This document shows positions 34,793 through 42,117 of a stretch of DNA of 42,117 bases, piece after piece. A program made the translations under genes and the position numbers. The stretch's first letter is position 1. Every line of letters begins with the position of its first letter. The notes under the pieces were generated by a model. The model ran no database searches, had not been told where the DNA came from, and was given only the letters and a program-made list of their open reading frames with translations. The DNA comes from Verrucomicrobiales bacterium (GTDB taxonomy: Bacteria; Verrucomicrobiota; Verrucomicrobiia; Limisphaerales; UBA1100): assembly GCA_002728775.1 (NCBI GenBank), contig PBVU01000065.1:1-42117 (forward strand), written 5' to 3'.

Positions 34793-36124
34793 TCACAGCA
34801 GTTCCTTAATGATGCGACCGTTGTTGGTGAGCATCACAGGGCGACCTTCAGGCGTATGCATTTCGCTACGAGGATTGATGCCCAGCAGGTGATACACCGT
34901 GGCGCAAAGATCCTCGGGGCCGTATGGGTTTTCAGCGGGGTCCATCGCCCACTTGTCGCTTTTGCCTATTACCCGCCCACCTTGGATGCCGCCACCACCA
35001 ATGGCTACGGTAAAGCTGCGGCTCCAATGGTCCCGCCCGGCCTTGGCGTTGATTTTCGGGGTGCGTCCAAATTCTCCCGTAAGCACGACAACGGTTTTTT
35101 TGAGCAGGCCGCGGTCTTCCATGTCGCGAAAGAAGGTGGGGATGGCCATATCGAATTTCGGCAAAAGATCCTCCTTCAAGACGCGAAAGTTGTGGAAATG
35201 CGTATCCCAGTTTGAATGATCCACGGTTACGCAGCGAACGCCGGCCTCCACAAGCCTGCGAGCCATGAGGCAGGACTGGCCGAGCGTGGTGCGCCCGTAG
35301 GCGTCGCGCAGCTTGGGTGATTCCTTGTGGATGTCGAACGCTTCCTTGGCCGCCTTGCTGGTCATCAGTTCCGTAGCGCGTTGGGCGAACACGCCGAGTT
35401 CGCGTGTGCCTTGGTTGGCTTTTGCCTCGGCGCTTTTTTGGAAACGATCTACTTTCTCAAGCAACCCGCGCCGATCCAATACACGCCCCGCCCCCACTGA
35501 CAACGGCGGTTGTAAATCCGGAACAGCAAAGCCCGGGGAACTGGGGTCCGCCTCGATGGTGAATGGCGCGGCCTTGGCTCCGAGATATGCGGAGCTCCCA
35601 CTGTTGTGCATGTTCGGGAGGCACACGTATGGTGGAATGGGGCCACGCGGCCCAAGCTTGTGCGCGATCACGGAGCCCATTGAGGGGTGCTGATTGTTCG
35701 GCTTGAGGCCGCCATTAAATCCGCTGACAGGATGAAAACCGGTGAACATGTAATGGTCCGCTGGCCCGTGACCCGCGTTGCTATGGGTGAAGGAACGCAC
35801 TAGCGAAAATTTATCCATGACCTTCGCTGTCTCCGGAATGTGCTCACTCACATGGAGACCCGGCACGTTTGACCGGATGGGATTGAAGGGGCCACGGATT
35901 TCCGACGGCGCGTCCGGCTTCATGTCGAACGTATCGATTGTGCTGAGGCCGCCCTTGAGGAAAATGAAGATGAAGCTAATGTCACTCTTCGATGGGTCAA
36001 CTTCTCCTTTCGCCGCCGCCTCAAGTAGATGGCTTATTGAAAGGTTCAACCCAAATGCCCCTGCGGTGCCCACGCGCAAAAAATCGCGCCTCGCCCAACC
36101 GTCACAAAAATTTTTAATGGTCAT
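34793..36124 (-). CDS. Tat-exported DUF1501 family protein (sulfatase/alkaline-phosphatase-superfamily-like)
   Basis: Tat motif RRDFLRVGTAGAFGL. Also FIFLKGGLSTIDTFDMKP, DHSNWDTH, TGEFGRTP and GRDHW, which is the typical DUF1501 pattern as I know it from planctomycete and verrucomicrobial genomes. Confidence 0.85.
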   Translation of the reverse strand: MTIKNFCDGWARRDFLRVGTAGAFGLNLSISHLLEAAAKGEVDPSKSDISFIFIFLKGGLSTIDTFDMKPDAPSEIRGPFNPIRSNVPGLHVSEHIPETAKVMDKFSLVRSFTHSNAGHGPADHYMFTGFHPVSGFNGGLKPNNQHPSMGSVIAHKLGPRGPIPPYVCLPNMHNSGSSAYLGAKAAPFTIEADPSSPGFAVPDLQPPLSVGAGRVLDRRGLLEKVDRFQKSAEAKANQGTRELGVFAQRATELMTSKAAKEAFDIHKESPKLRDAYGRTTLGQSCLMARRLVEAGVRCVTVDHSNWDTHFHNFRVLKEDLLPKFDMAIPTFFRDMEDRGLLKKTVVVLTGEFGRTPKINAKAGRDHWSRSFTVAIGGGGIQGGRVIGKSDKWAMDPAENPYGPEDLCATVYHLLGINPRSEMHTPEGRPVMLTNNGRIIKELL

Positions 36125-36167
36125 AATCGGTTTCCCCTCAGTTTTGACGCGCTTTATGATAAGATGT

Positions 36168-38330
36168 TCAGTGGTTAAAGATAAATTCGAACGAGTTCAT
36201 CAGGCTCCAAGCGAGATCCTCAACGGCTTTGCGGCGTTGGAATCGGCGGCTGCCAAGATATTGCAGGCCGGTGTTCATTTCGTCGCGACTGGGCGAACGG
36301 CTGAAGGCGCTGAGGTAGAGCTGGCGCACTATGTCTGCATCGTCCTCGTGCTCGAGCGTCAATCGCTTGATTCGGCCGCCTTCGTGGGCGAGTTTGGTTT
36401 GAATGTTTGGGGAATTCATTAGGTGCAATGCCTGCCCCATGGAAGCACCCGTGACGCGCTCGCATTCGCACACCGTCGCGCGAGCCGGGCGGCCGAAGAG
36501 TTTTAGGAAGTAATGCTGCACCTGGCTGTCCCAAAGTTGCACGGCTCGATAGCCGCGCGGTACGCCGTCAAATTTCTCATCCACTCCCGTCACGTCGCAC
36601 ACAGCGTCCATCAATACCTCCGCCGGCAGTCGCCGAAAGAGCGCCCGCGAAAAATTCTGCTCGTCGGACAGATTGGTGGCGTTGGGCTTTGAAGATAGCT
36701 GATAGGTGCGTGAATGAGTGATGATCCGGATCATCTTCTTTAGGTCATAATTATTTTTAACGAGGCTTGCCGCCAGGGCATCCAGTAGCTCCGGATTGCT
36801 GGGCGGATTGGTTTCCCGCAGGTCGTCAACAGGTGTGATCAAGCCTTTTCCTAGAAAGTGAGCCCACAATCGATTGACCAAATTGCGGGCGAAGTAGGGA
36901 TTTTCCGGGTGGGTCATCCAGTTTGCCAGCACGTGGCGGCGGTCTCCTTGGGGCGGCTCTTCGGGCATCGATTCGCCAAGAGGATAGGGCTGGATGATAG
37001 CACCCGTGCGCGGATGCTTAATGGTCGGATTACCCTCAGCCAAGAGCGCCAGTCCGCCGGCGGAATTCTTGGTTGTCACTTGCTGGAAGAATCCACGCAT
37101 GGCGTGGTAGTCCTGCTGAGTCCAGCGATCATAGGGATGTTGATGACATTCTGCACAGGTAATGCGTACCCCAAGGAAAACTTGGGAAACCATTGCAGCC
37201 ATGTCGCCTGTGTTATTTGCGGCCCGATAGAAGAAGCCGGCGGGCTGTTCCGTCAGCGGTCCCTCGGCAGTGAGCAGTTCACGGGCTAGATGATCCAGGG
37301 GCTTGTTTTTCGACAGGGATTCGTGAATCCACTTGTAATAACGGTGCGCATCCTCGTGCCCCAGCTTGAGCCGGTCCACACGAAGCAGGTCGGCCCATTT
37401 TAATGCCCAGTAATCAGCGAACTCGGGTGTTTCCAAAAGCGCATCCACCAACCCGCTTCTTTTGCCCGAAGTGCTATCGGAAAGGAAAGTCTCGGATTCA
37501 TTGGCGGTGGGAAGGCGGCCTGCGATATCAAGGTAAACGCGCCGGAGAAAAGTAGCATCATCAGACAGAGGCGAGGGGATGATGTTCAGCCGCTTTAAAT
37601 GAGAGTCGACAATCGGGTCAATGAAGTTGTGATTGGGCAGATGGGGATAAGTAACCTTGGGACCAGGCCTGGGCACTATGGCTTGAAAGGTGGCAACCTT
37701 TCCTTGGTAGCGCGCCATCACCGATGTTTGCCCGACGGAATTCCCGATGGTGACAATGCCCTTCTCATCGACCGTTGCCATGCCGGTATCATTGGAGTGA
37801 AAAATCGACAGCCAAGTAACGTCCCTGTGTGTGTTGTCCGAGAATTCGGCCATGACCTTTAAAGGCTGACTTGCGTTGAATGCTGCTGTCTGCCGGGAGG
37901 GCTCCAGTCTGATCCGGGTCAATGTCGGGCGTCCACCTATCTCGTATGGTGTGCCATTTTTGATCCATTGCAGGAACAGTGAGTAGGCCCTCGAGTTTCT
38001 GGGAGCGCGAACTCCGCCTCCGTGGCCAACGGCTCCTGAAATCTTTCGTAACAACAGGCTGTCAGCCGGGGCAGTGGGGGAAATGCGGCGTCCGCGGCTT
38101 TCCCGTGTCAATGCCCGAAAATCCCCTACTGGATCGTGGGCGAAAACAGACAGCTTAAAGCCGTTTTGGCCCTCGGCTTTGCCGTGGCAGGCGGACGCGT
38201 TGCAGCCAAGCCGGGACATCAAGGGGATGATGTCGTTGGTGAAATCGACCGGTGAAGTAGCATGAACAGGCAGGGCGAAGCCGATGCAAATCATTGCCAG
38301 CAAAACACCTGCACCTCTCGCGATGATCAT
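36168..38330 (-). CDS. PSCyt-like / Ig-like (Big_2) / DUF1549 / DUF1553 (PSD1) domain protein
   Basis: - N-terminal signal/anchor: MIIARGAGVLLAMICIGFALPVHA
- Cys/His module: IIPLMSRLGCNASACHGKAEGQNGFKLS
- Ig-like segment: LKVMAEFSDNTHRDVTW...
- DUF1549-like: LRRVYLDIAGRLPT, YWALKWADLLRV
- DUF1553-like: ITCAECHQHPYDRWTQQDY, FNH C-terminus

The start is trimmed to the ATG at 38330; the track ORF runs to 38429. Confidence 0.85.
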   Translation of the reverse strand: MIIARGAGVLLAMICIGFALPVHATSPVDFTNDIIPLMSRLGCNASACHGKAEGQNGFKLSVFAHDPVGDFRALTRESRGRRISPTAPADSLLLRKISGAVGHGGGVRAPRNSRAYSLFLQWIKNGTPYEIGGRPTLTRIRLEPSRQTAAFNASQPLKVMAEFSDNTHRDVTWLSIFHSNDTGMATVDEKGIVTIGNSVGQTSVMARYQGKVATFQAIVPRPGPKVTYPHLPNHNFIDPIVDSHLKRLNIIPSPLSDDATFLRRVYLDIAGRLPTANESETFLSDSTSGKRSGLVDALLETPEFADYWALKWADLLRVDRLKLGHEDAHRYYKWIHESLSKNKPLDHLARELLTAEGPLTEQPAGFFYRAANNTGDMAAMVSQVFLGVRITCAECHQHPYDRWTQQDYHAMRGFFQQVTTKNSAGGLALLAEGNPTIKHPRTGAIIQPYPLGESMPEEPPQGDRRHVLANWMTHPENPYFARNLVNRLWAHFLGKGLITPVDDLRETNPPSNPELLDALAASLVKNNYDLKKMIRIITHSRTYQLSSKPNATNLSDEQNFSRALFRRLPAEVLMDAVCDVTGVDEKFDGVPRGYRAVQLWDSQVQHYFLKLFGRPARATVCECERVTGASMGQALHLMNSPNIQTKLAHEGGRIKRLTLEHEDDADIVRQLYLSAFSRSPSRDEMNTGLQYLGSRRFQRRKAVEDLAWSLMNSFEFIFNH

Positions 38331-38422
38331 CCGCACAACTCCCCGAGTCTCTTGGAAAACAATCATGAAATCAAGACTTTGCCCGCAGGCATCTTGGCAG
38401 GATGGCCATATCTCGTGGGGGG

Positions 38423-38450
38423 TTGACAACCTGCTCTAAATCATTAGATT
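38423..38450 (+). promoter_or_regulatory. sigma70-type promoter for the TetR-efflux operon
   Basis: TTGACA (38423-38428), a 16-nt spacer, then TAGATT (38445-38450). It lies 25 nt upstream of the tetR GTG. Confidence 0.5.
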
Positions 38451-38468
38451 CAAACATTCGTTTGATTC
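38447..38468. promoter_or_regulatory. putative TetR operator (inverted repeat overlapping the -10 box and transcription start)
   Basis: TCAAAC-ATTC-GTTTGA is a perfect 6-4-6 palindrome at 38450-38465, with imperfect flanking extension (GATTCAAAC / GTTTGATTC). Confidence 0.45.
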
Positions 38469-38474
38469 AATAGG

Positions 38475-39101
38475 GTGAAACAAAAGGATACCAAGACAAC
38501 CATACTCGATGCGGCGGAGGAGTTGTTTGCGCGGCGTGGGCCAAATGCGACTTCACTTCGTCAGGTTATTGGCCGGGCTAAGGTGAATCTTGCCGCGGTG
38601 CATTATCATTTTGGGAGCAAGGAATCCCTCCTGCAATCGGTGCTGGCCCGCAGGCTGGTTCCCCTAAATGCGGAACGGCTGGCTTTGCTGGAGGAGGCTG
38701 AACGCCGATCGCACAGGGTTTCCCTAGAGAAAATTCTGGAGGCATTGGTGGGGCCGGCGTTGCGGCTGAGCCGGGATCCGAACAAAGGCGGGCGCGAATT
38801 CATGCGGTTACTGGGGCGGTGTTTCACGGAGCCGGACGAGAAGATTCAGGAATTGTTGAACCGGCAAGTCGCGGCGGTAGCCGAGCGCTTCATGCCCGCC
38901 TTCCAGAAGGCGCTGCCCAAGGTGCCGCAAGTGGATCTGCTTTGGCGGCTGCATTTTCTGGTGGGCGCAATGGCTCATACGATGGCTGATGCGGAACGTC
39001 TTGGCGAGTTCTCTGGCGGATTGTGTGATCCTGATGATACGGAGGGAATGATTCAAAGATTGGTGACCTTTCTTGCGGCGGGATTGAAGGCAAAGGCGTG
39101 A
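38475..39101 (+). CDS. TetR/AcrR family transcriptional regulator
   Basis: N-terminal HTH: TKTTILDAAEELFARRGPNATSLRQVIGRAKVNLAAVHYHFGSKESLL. 208 aa, GTG start. The stop overlaps the next gene's start. Confidence 0.9.
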   Translation: MKQKDTKTTILDAAEELFARRGPNATSLRQVIGRAKVNLAAVHYHFGSKESLLQSVLARRLVPLNAERLALLEEAERRSHRVSLEKILEALVGPALRLSRDPNKGGREFMRLLGRCFTEPDEKIQELLNRQVAAVAERFMPAFQKALPKVPQVDLLWRLHFLVGAMAHTMADAERLGEFSGGLCDPDDTEGMIQRLVTFLAAGLKAKA

Positions 39102-40510
39102 TGAAGATTTGTGCTGGAACAATTTTGGCGGTGGCAGCCTGCCTTGGAGTCAGTTGTCAAATGGAGTTGCCGAGGCGCGAACGGGTAGCTCCGGATTTTC
39201 CGGCGCAGTGGCGGGCGACAGAAGTCGCGAGGCATGCGCCTTTGGAGGAGTGGTGGAGACAGTTTGGGGGTGATGGCCTGAATGCCATGGTGAAAGAGGC
39301 GCTGGAACGCAACCACGATATTCAGGCAACGGGGCAGCGTCTTGAACAGGCCCGTTTGCGCGCTCGGATTGCCGGGGCGGAACGCTTGCCGGTGGTTAAT
39401 GCGAACTTGGAAGGCGGCAGGAAGCAGAGCAATTTTATTGGGCTTCCTCTTCCCGGGGCAGGTGGAGTTCTGTCATCGCGCTCTGAATCCTACCGATTCT
39501 CATTGGCGACTTCATGGGAATTGGATTTGTGGGGCCGAATCCGCGCAGGTCAGATAGCGGCACTGGCTGATGTCGAAGTTGCGCGGGCGGACGCGGCGGC
39601 GGCGCGGATTTCCATGGCCGGACAGGTTGTGAAGACTTGGTTCCTCTCGGTTGAAGCTGGCCAGCAGGAGGAATTTGCCCGTCGAAATGGGAAAATACTG
39701 GAGGCGGCCGTGAATCAGGCTCGGTTGCGATATGAACTTGGGATTAGGCCCATACTGGATTTACGCCAAGCGGAGGCCAGCTTTGCAGCCAACAAGGCGG
39801 TGATTGCGCAATGGATGGCGGTGGTCGAGCAGGGCCGAAGGCAACTTGAGATTTTAATCGGCCGTTATCCCGAGGGACAGCTGGGTCCATTTGCGGTCAT
39901 GCCCGAGGCGTTGGGCCCTATCCCGGTTGGTTTGCCTTCGGATTTATTAACGCGGCGGCCTGACTTGAGGGCTGCCCGCTTGCGGGTGCTGGCCGCGGAT
40001 GCCCGGATTGGAAGTGCGAAGGGGGAATTGTATCCGAAAATTTCTTTGACCACCTCAGGAGGGACATCCAGTGATGAACTTGTAAATCTCATGAACAACA
40101 ATTTTCTGGTTTGGTCTCTGGGGTCGAACCTTGTGCAGCCATTGTTCTCAGGAGGGCGTCTTCGGGCAAATGTCCAACTGGAAGAGGCGCGTGCCGCTGA
40201 GGCGGTCCTAAAATATAGAGGCATTGTTTTGAGGGCGTTTGGCGAAGTGGAAACAGCCTTGGCGCTGGAGCCAATGTTGCGTGAACGTGAGTTGCAGTTG
40301 AGGCAGGTTATGGGCCGATCCAGTGAAGCCTTGGCCTTGGCTGAACAGCGCTACGCGCGGGGTATAGAAGATTTTGTCACTGTGCTGGATGCAAGGCGGC
40401 GATTGAACGAATCCTCAAGTCAACGTTTGACAGTGCTGCGAAGCATGTTTGAGAACCGTGTGAATCTCCACATGGCGCTGGGTGGCGGGTTTCTAGGGGG
40501 GCGTGAGTAG
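39098..40510 (+). CDS. efflux outer-membrane factor lipoprotein (NodT/TolC family)
   Basis: Lipobox-like ILAVAAC, then WW..F.D..L...V..AL..N.D and two TolC-type repeats (LDLWGR.R, Y..G....L.VLDA.R). The start is GTG at 39098 or ATG at 39101. Confidence 0.88.
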   Translation: MMKICAGTILAVAACLGVSCQMELPRRERVAPDFPAQWRATEVARHAPLEEWWRQFGGDGLNAMVKEALERNHDIQATGQRLEQARLRARIAGAERLPVVNANLEGGRKQSNFIGLPLPGAGGVLSSRSESYRFSLATSWELDLWGRIRAGQIAALADVEVARADAAAARISMAGQVVKTWFLSVEAGQQEEFARRNGKILEAAVNQARLRYELGIRPILDLRQAEASFAANKAVIAQWMAVVEQGRRQLEILIGRYPEGQLGPFAVMPEALGPIPVGLPSDLLTRRPDLRAARLRVLAADARIGSAKGELYPKISLTTSGGTSSDELVNLMNNNFLVWSLGSNLVQPLFSGGRLRANVQLEEARAAEAVLKYRGIVLRAFGEVETALALEPMLRERELQLRQVMGRSSEALALAEQRYARGIEDFVTVLDARRRLNESSSQRLTVLRSMFENRVNLHMALGGGFLGGRE

Positions 40511-41793
40511 TGAAAAGAGCGCTGCAGATATTGTTGCCGATACTGGTGATGGGTGCTGGTGCGTGGGGCGGGGCTTGGCTGGTGTTAAACCGAAAGGTGG
40601 TCAAGCCTGTTGAGCGAACGCCATTTCATCCACGCGTGAAGGTGCAAAAGGTTCAGCGCGGCCACTATCAGCCCGTGATTCGGTCGCAAGGCACCGTGAG
40701 AGCGCGAATGGCCGTGGATTTGTCCAGTGAGGTTAAAGGCCGAGTGGTCACCATGTCTTCGTCGTTGATTGATGGCGGCTTGTTTGAGGCAGGGGATATT
40801 CTCTTGGAACTAGACTCTGTGGACTACGATTTGGCGCTGCGACAGGCAAGGGCGCGGATGGACGTTGCGCAAGCGGGAATCACAAACGCTCTGGCCCAGA
40901 TGAGTAGCGCCCGCGCCCAGATGGCTCAATGGGAAGCCCGGATATCGAGAGAGGAGGCTGAAGCCCGAGCCGCAATTGCAGAATGGAAACTGATCGGGCG
41001 GCAGGGCGAACCGCCAGCCTTGTTGGCTCGTGAACCACAGTTGAAGGAAGCCCGGGCGGGGTTGGAATCGGCAAAGGCCATGTGGTGGGCATCCGCAGCC
41101 AAGGAGAAATCTGATGTTGCAGAACTCGAGGCGGCCCGTGCGGCGGAAAAAATAGCTGAGCTGAATGTGGCCCGCTGTGTCATTCGTGCGCCTTTCAAGG
41201 GGCGAGTGGATTCCAGAATGGTTGGCATTGGGCAGGTGGTGTCTCCTGGAATTGCTCTGGCTCGCTTGGAGTCTGTCGATGTGGGGGTTGTTCGGCTGGC
41301 GTTACCGCAGGAGGATTTTGAGTTTTTGGGAATGAAGAATGGCCTTCGCGGTGGTGCCAACATCGTGAATGGGCCGAAAGCCAGATTCCGGTCTGCTGCT
41401 GGTGGGCGGTGGCGAGGCCAGGTTGTGCGGGGGCTTGGAGAGGTGGACGGCGGAACGCGCATGGTGTCGGTTGTCGCTGAAGTGAATGATCCCTACTCTG
41501 AGTTGGAGGATAGTACACTGAGTTATGGTCTGTTTGTTTCCGCGGAAATTGATGGGGAGTTGATTGAGGATGTCGTGGTGTTGCCACGAATTGTCCTGCG
41601 GGAAGGGGGGGGTGTGCACGTTTTCAAGAAGGGTAAGCTGCATGCCCGAGAGGTAGAGGTGATTTTAACCACCCATGATCATGTGGTGATCAAGGGCGGG
41701 CTGGATGAAGGGGAAGACGTTTGCCTGACACCGGTCGAGGCATTTGTAGATGGCATGACGGTTGTTTTGGATCCGGAGGGGATGGATGAGTAG
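40510..41793 (+). CDS. efflux RND periplasmic adaptor (membrane fusion protein)
   Basis: N-terminal TM anchor, a long alpha-hairpin (ALRQARARMDVAQA...EEAEARAAIAEWK...LEAARAAEKIAELNVARCVIRAPF.G) and beta-barrel/MP domains. GTG start abutting the OMF stop. Confidence 0.85.
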   Translation: MKRALQILLPILVMGAGAWGGAWLVLNRKVVKPVERTPFHPRVKVQKVQRGHYQPVIRSQGTVRARMAVDLSSEVKGRVVTMSSSLIDGGLFEAGDILLELDSVDYDLALRQARARMDVAQAGITNALAQMSSARAQMAQWEARISREEAEARAAIAEWKLIGRQGEPPALLAREPQLKEARAGLESAKAMWWASAAKEKSDVAELEAARAAEKIAELNVARCVIRAPFKGRVDSRMVGIGQVVSPGIALARLESVDVGVVRLALPQEDFEFLGMKNGLRGGANIVNGPKARFRSAAGGRWRGQVVRGLGEVDGGTRMVSVVAEVNDPYSELEDSTLSYGLFVSAEIDGELIEDVVVLPRIVLREGGGVHVFKKGKLHAREVEVILTTHDHVVIKGGLDEGEDVCLTPVEAFVDGMTVVLDPEGMDE

Positions 41794-42117
41794 AGTCATC
41801 CGCTGGTTTGCGGTGAATCGCGTGGCTGCAAATCTTTTGGCGGCGTTCATTCTGGTGGCCGGGTTCATGGCGGTGCCGAAAATCCGACGGGAGGTATTTC
41901 CCGAATTTGATTCCAACTGGGTGCTGGTGCAGGTGCCATATCCCGGAGCGGCCTCAGCGGAGGTTGAGGAGGGCATTTGCGTAAAGATTGAGGACGCCGT
42001 GCAGGGGTTGCAGGGGGTAAAGCAGGTCGTCTCAACAGCGTCGGAAGGATTGGGAGTGATGAGCGTGGAATTGCTGCCGCGAACGAACTCGGGGAGGCTC
42101 TTGGATGAGGTGAAACA
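41786..42117 (+). CDS. efflux RND permease (AcrB/CzcA superfamily), 5' fragment truncated by the window end
   Basis: An open frame from the ATG at 41786 reads MSRVIRWFAVNRVAANLLAAFILVAGFMAVPKIRREVFPEFDSNWVLVQVPYPGAS.AEVEEGI..KIEDA. This is a typical RND N-terminus. It overlaps the MFP stop by 8 nt, and the ORF track does not list it. Confidence 0.85.
   Translation, partial: MSRVIRWFAVNRVAANLLAAFILVAGFMAVPKIRREVFPEFDSNWVLVQVPYPGAASAEVEEGICVKIEDAVQGLQGVKQVVSTASEGLGVMSVELLPRTNSGRLLDEVK

Noticed and set aside
38816-38832. A parS-like half-site (TGTTTCACGG) that might pair with the orphan ParA.
   Set aside because: Only half of the 16-bp palindrome matches. It lies inside the tetR coding sequence, 28 kb from parA.
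1-42117. CRISPR arrays, IS elements or transposases, prophage or defence-system genes, and rRNA.
   Set aside because: Every ORF longer than about 60 aa that is not antisense noise has a housekeeping, transport or envelope assignment. I saw no direct-repeat/spacer periodicity and no terminal inverted repeats while reading the intergenic regions.

Overview
This is a gene-dense chromosomal window of about 42 kb, roughly 90% coding, with no CRISPR array, rRNA, transposase or integrase visible. The gene content suggests a member of the PVC superphylum (Verrucomicrobiota or Planctomycetota): a DUF1549/DUF1553 protein paired with a Tat-exported DUF1501 protein, many Tat or Sec signal peptides, and frequent 1-4 nt stop/start overlaps.

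Reading left to right, most of the window is housekeeping:
- A minus-strand block: beta-CASP MBL hydrolase, infA, two tandem TlpA-like thioredoxin-fold proteins, MscS channel, cation/H+ antiporter, mgtE, thiS, a Tat-exported metallophosphoesterase and thiH.
- An orphan ParA-like ATPase.
- A C2/glycine metabolic neighbourhood: beta-propeller, FNR-like reductase, gcvT, gcvH, D-aminoacylase, convergent glcDEF and a divergent class-V aminotransferase.
- tRNA-Ser(CGA) and rnd.
- A translationally chained minus-strand block: nadC, birA, coaX, trpA and a mannose-1-P guanylyltransferase.
- msrP, nnr, an unknown membrane protein, adk and fmt.
- A three-gene minus-strand operon of uncharacterised envelope proteins.
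- A TetR-OMF-MFP-RND efflux operon, truncated at the window end.

The best candidate for an undescribed system is the uncharacterised three-gene operon at about 32.2-38.3 kb. I cannot assign it a function from sequence alone. The other findings are smaller: active-site divergence in a tandem paralog, atypical thi gene context, shared N-terminal E-x-N-S-T motifs, and structured leaders.

Several ORF-track entries are over-extended at the 5' end, and I trimmed them to internal starts that give sensible N-termini.
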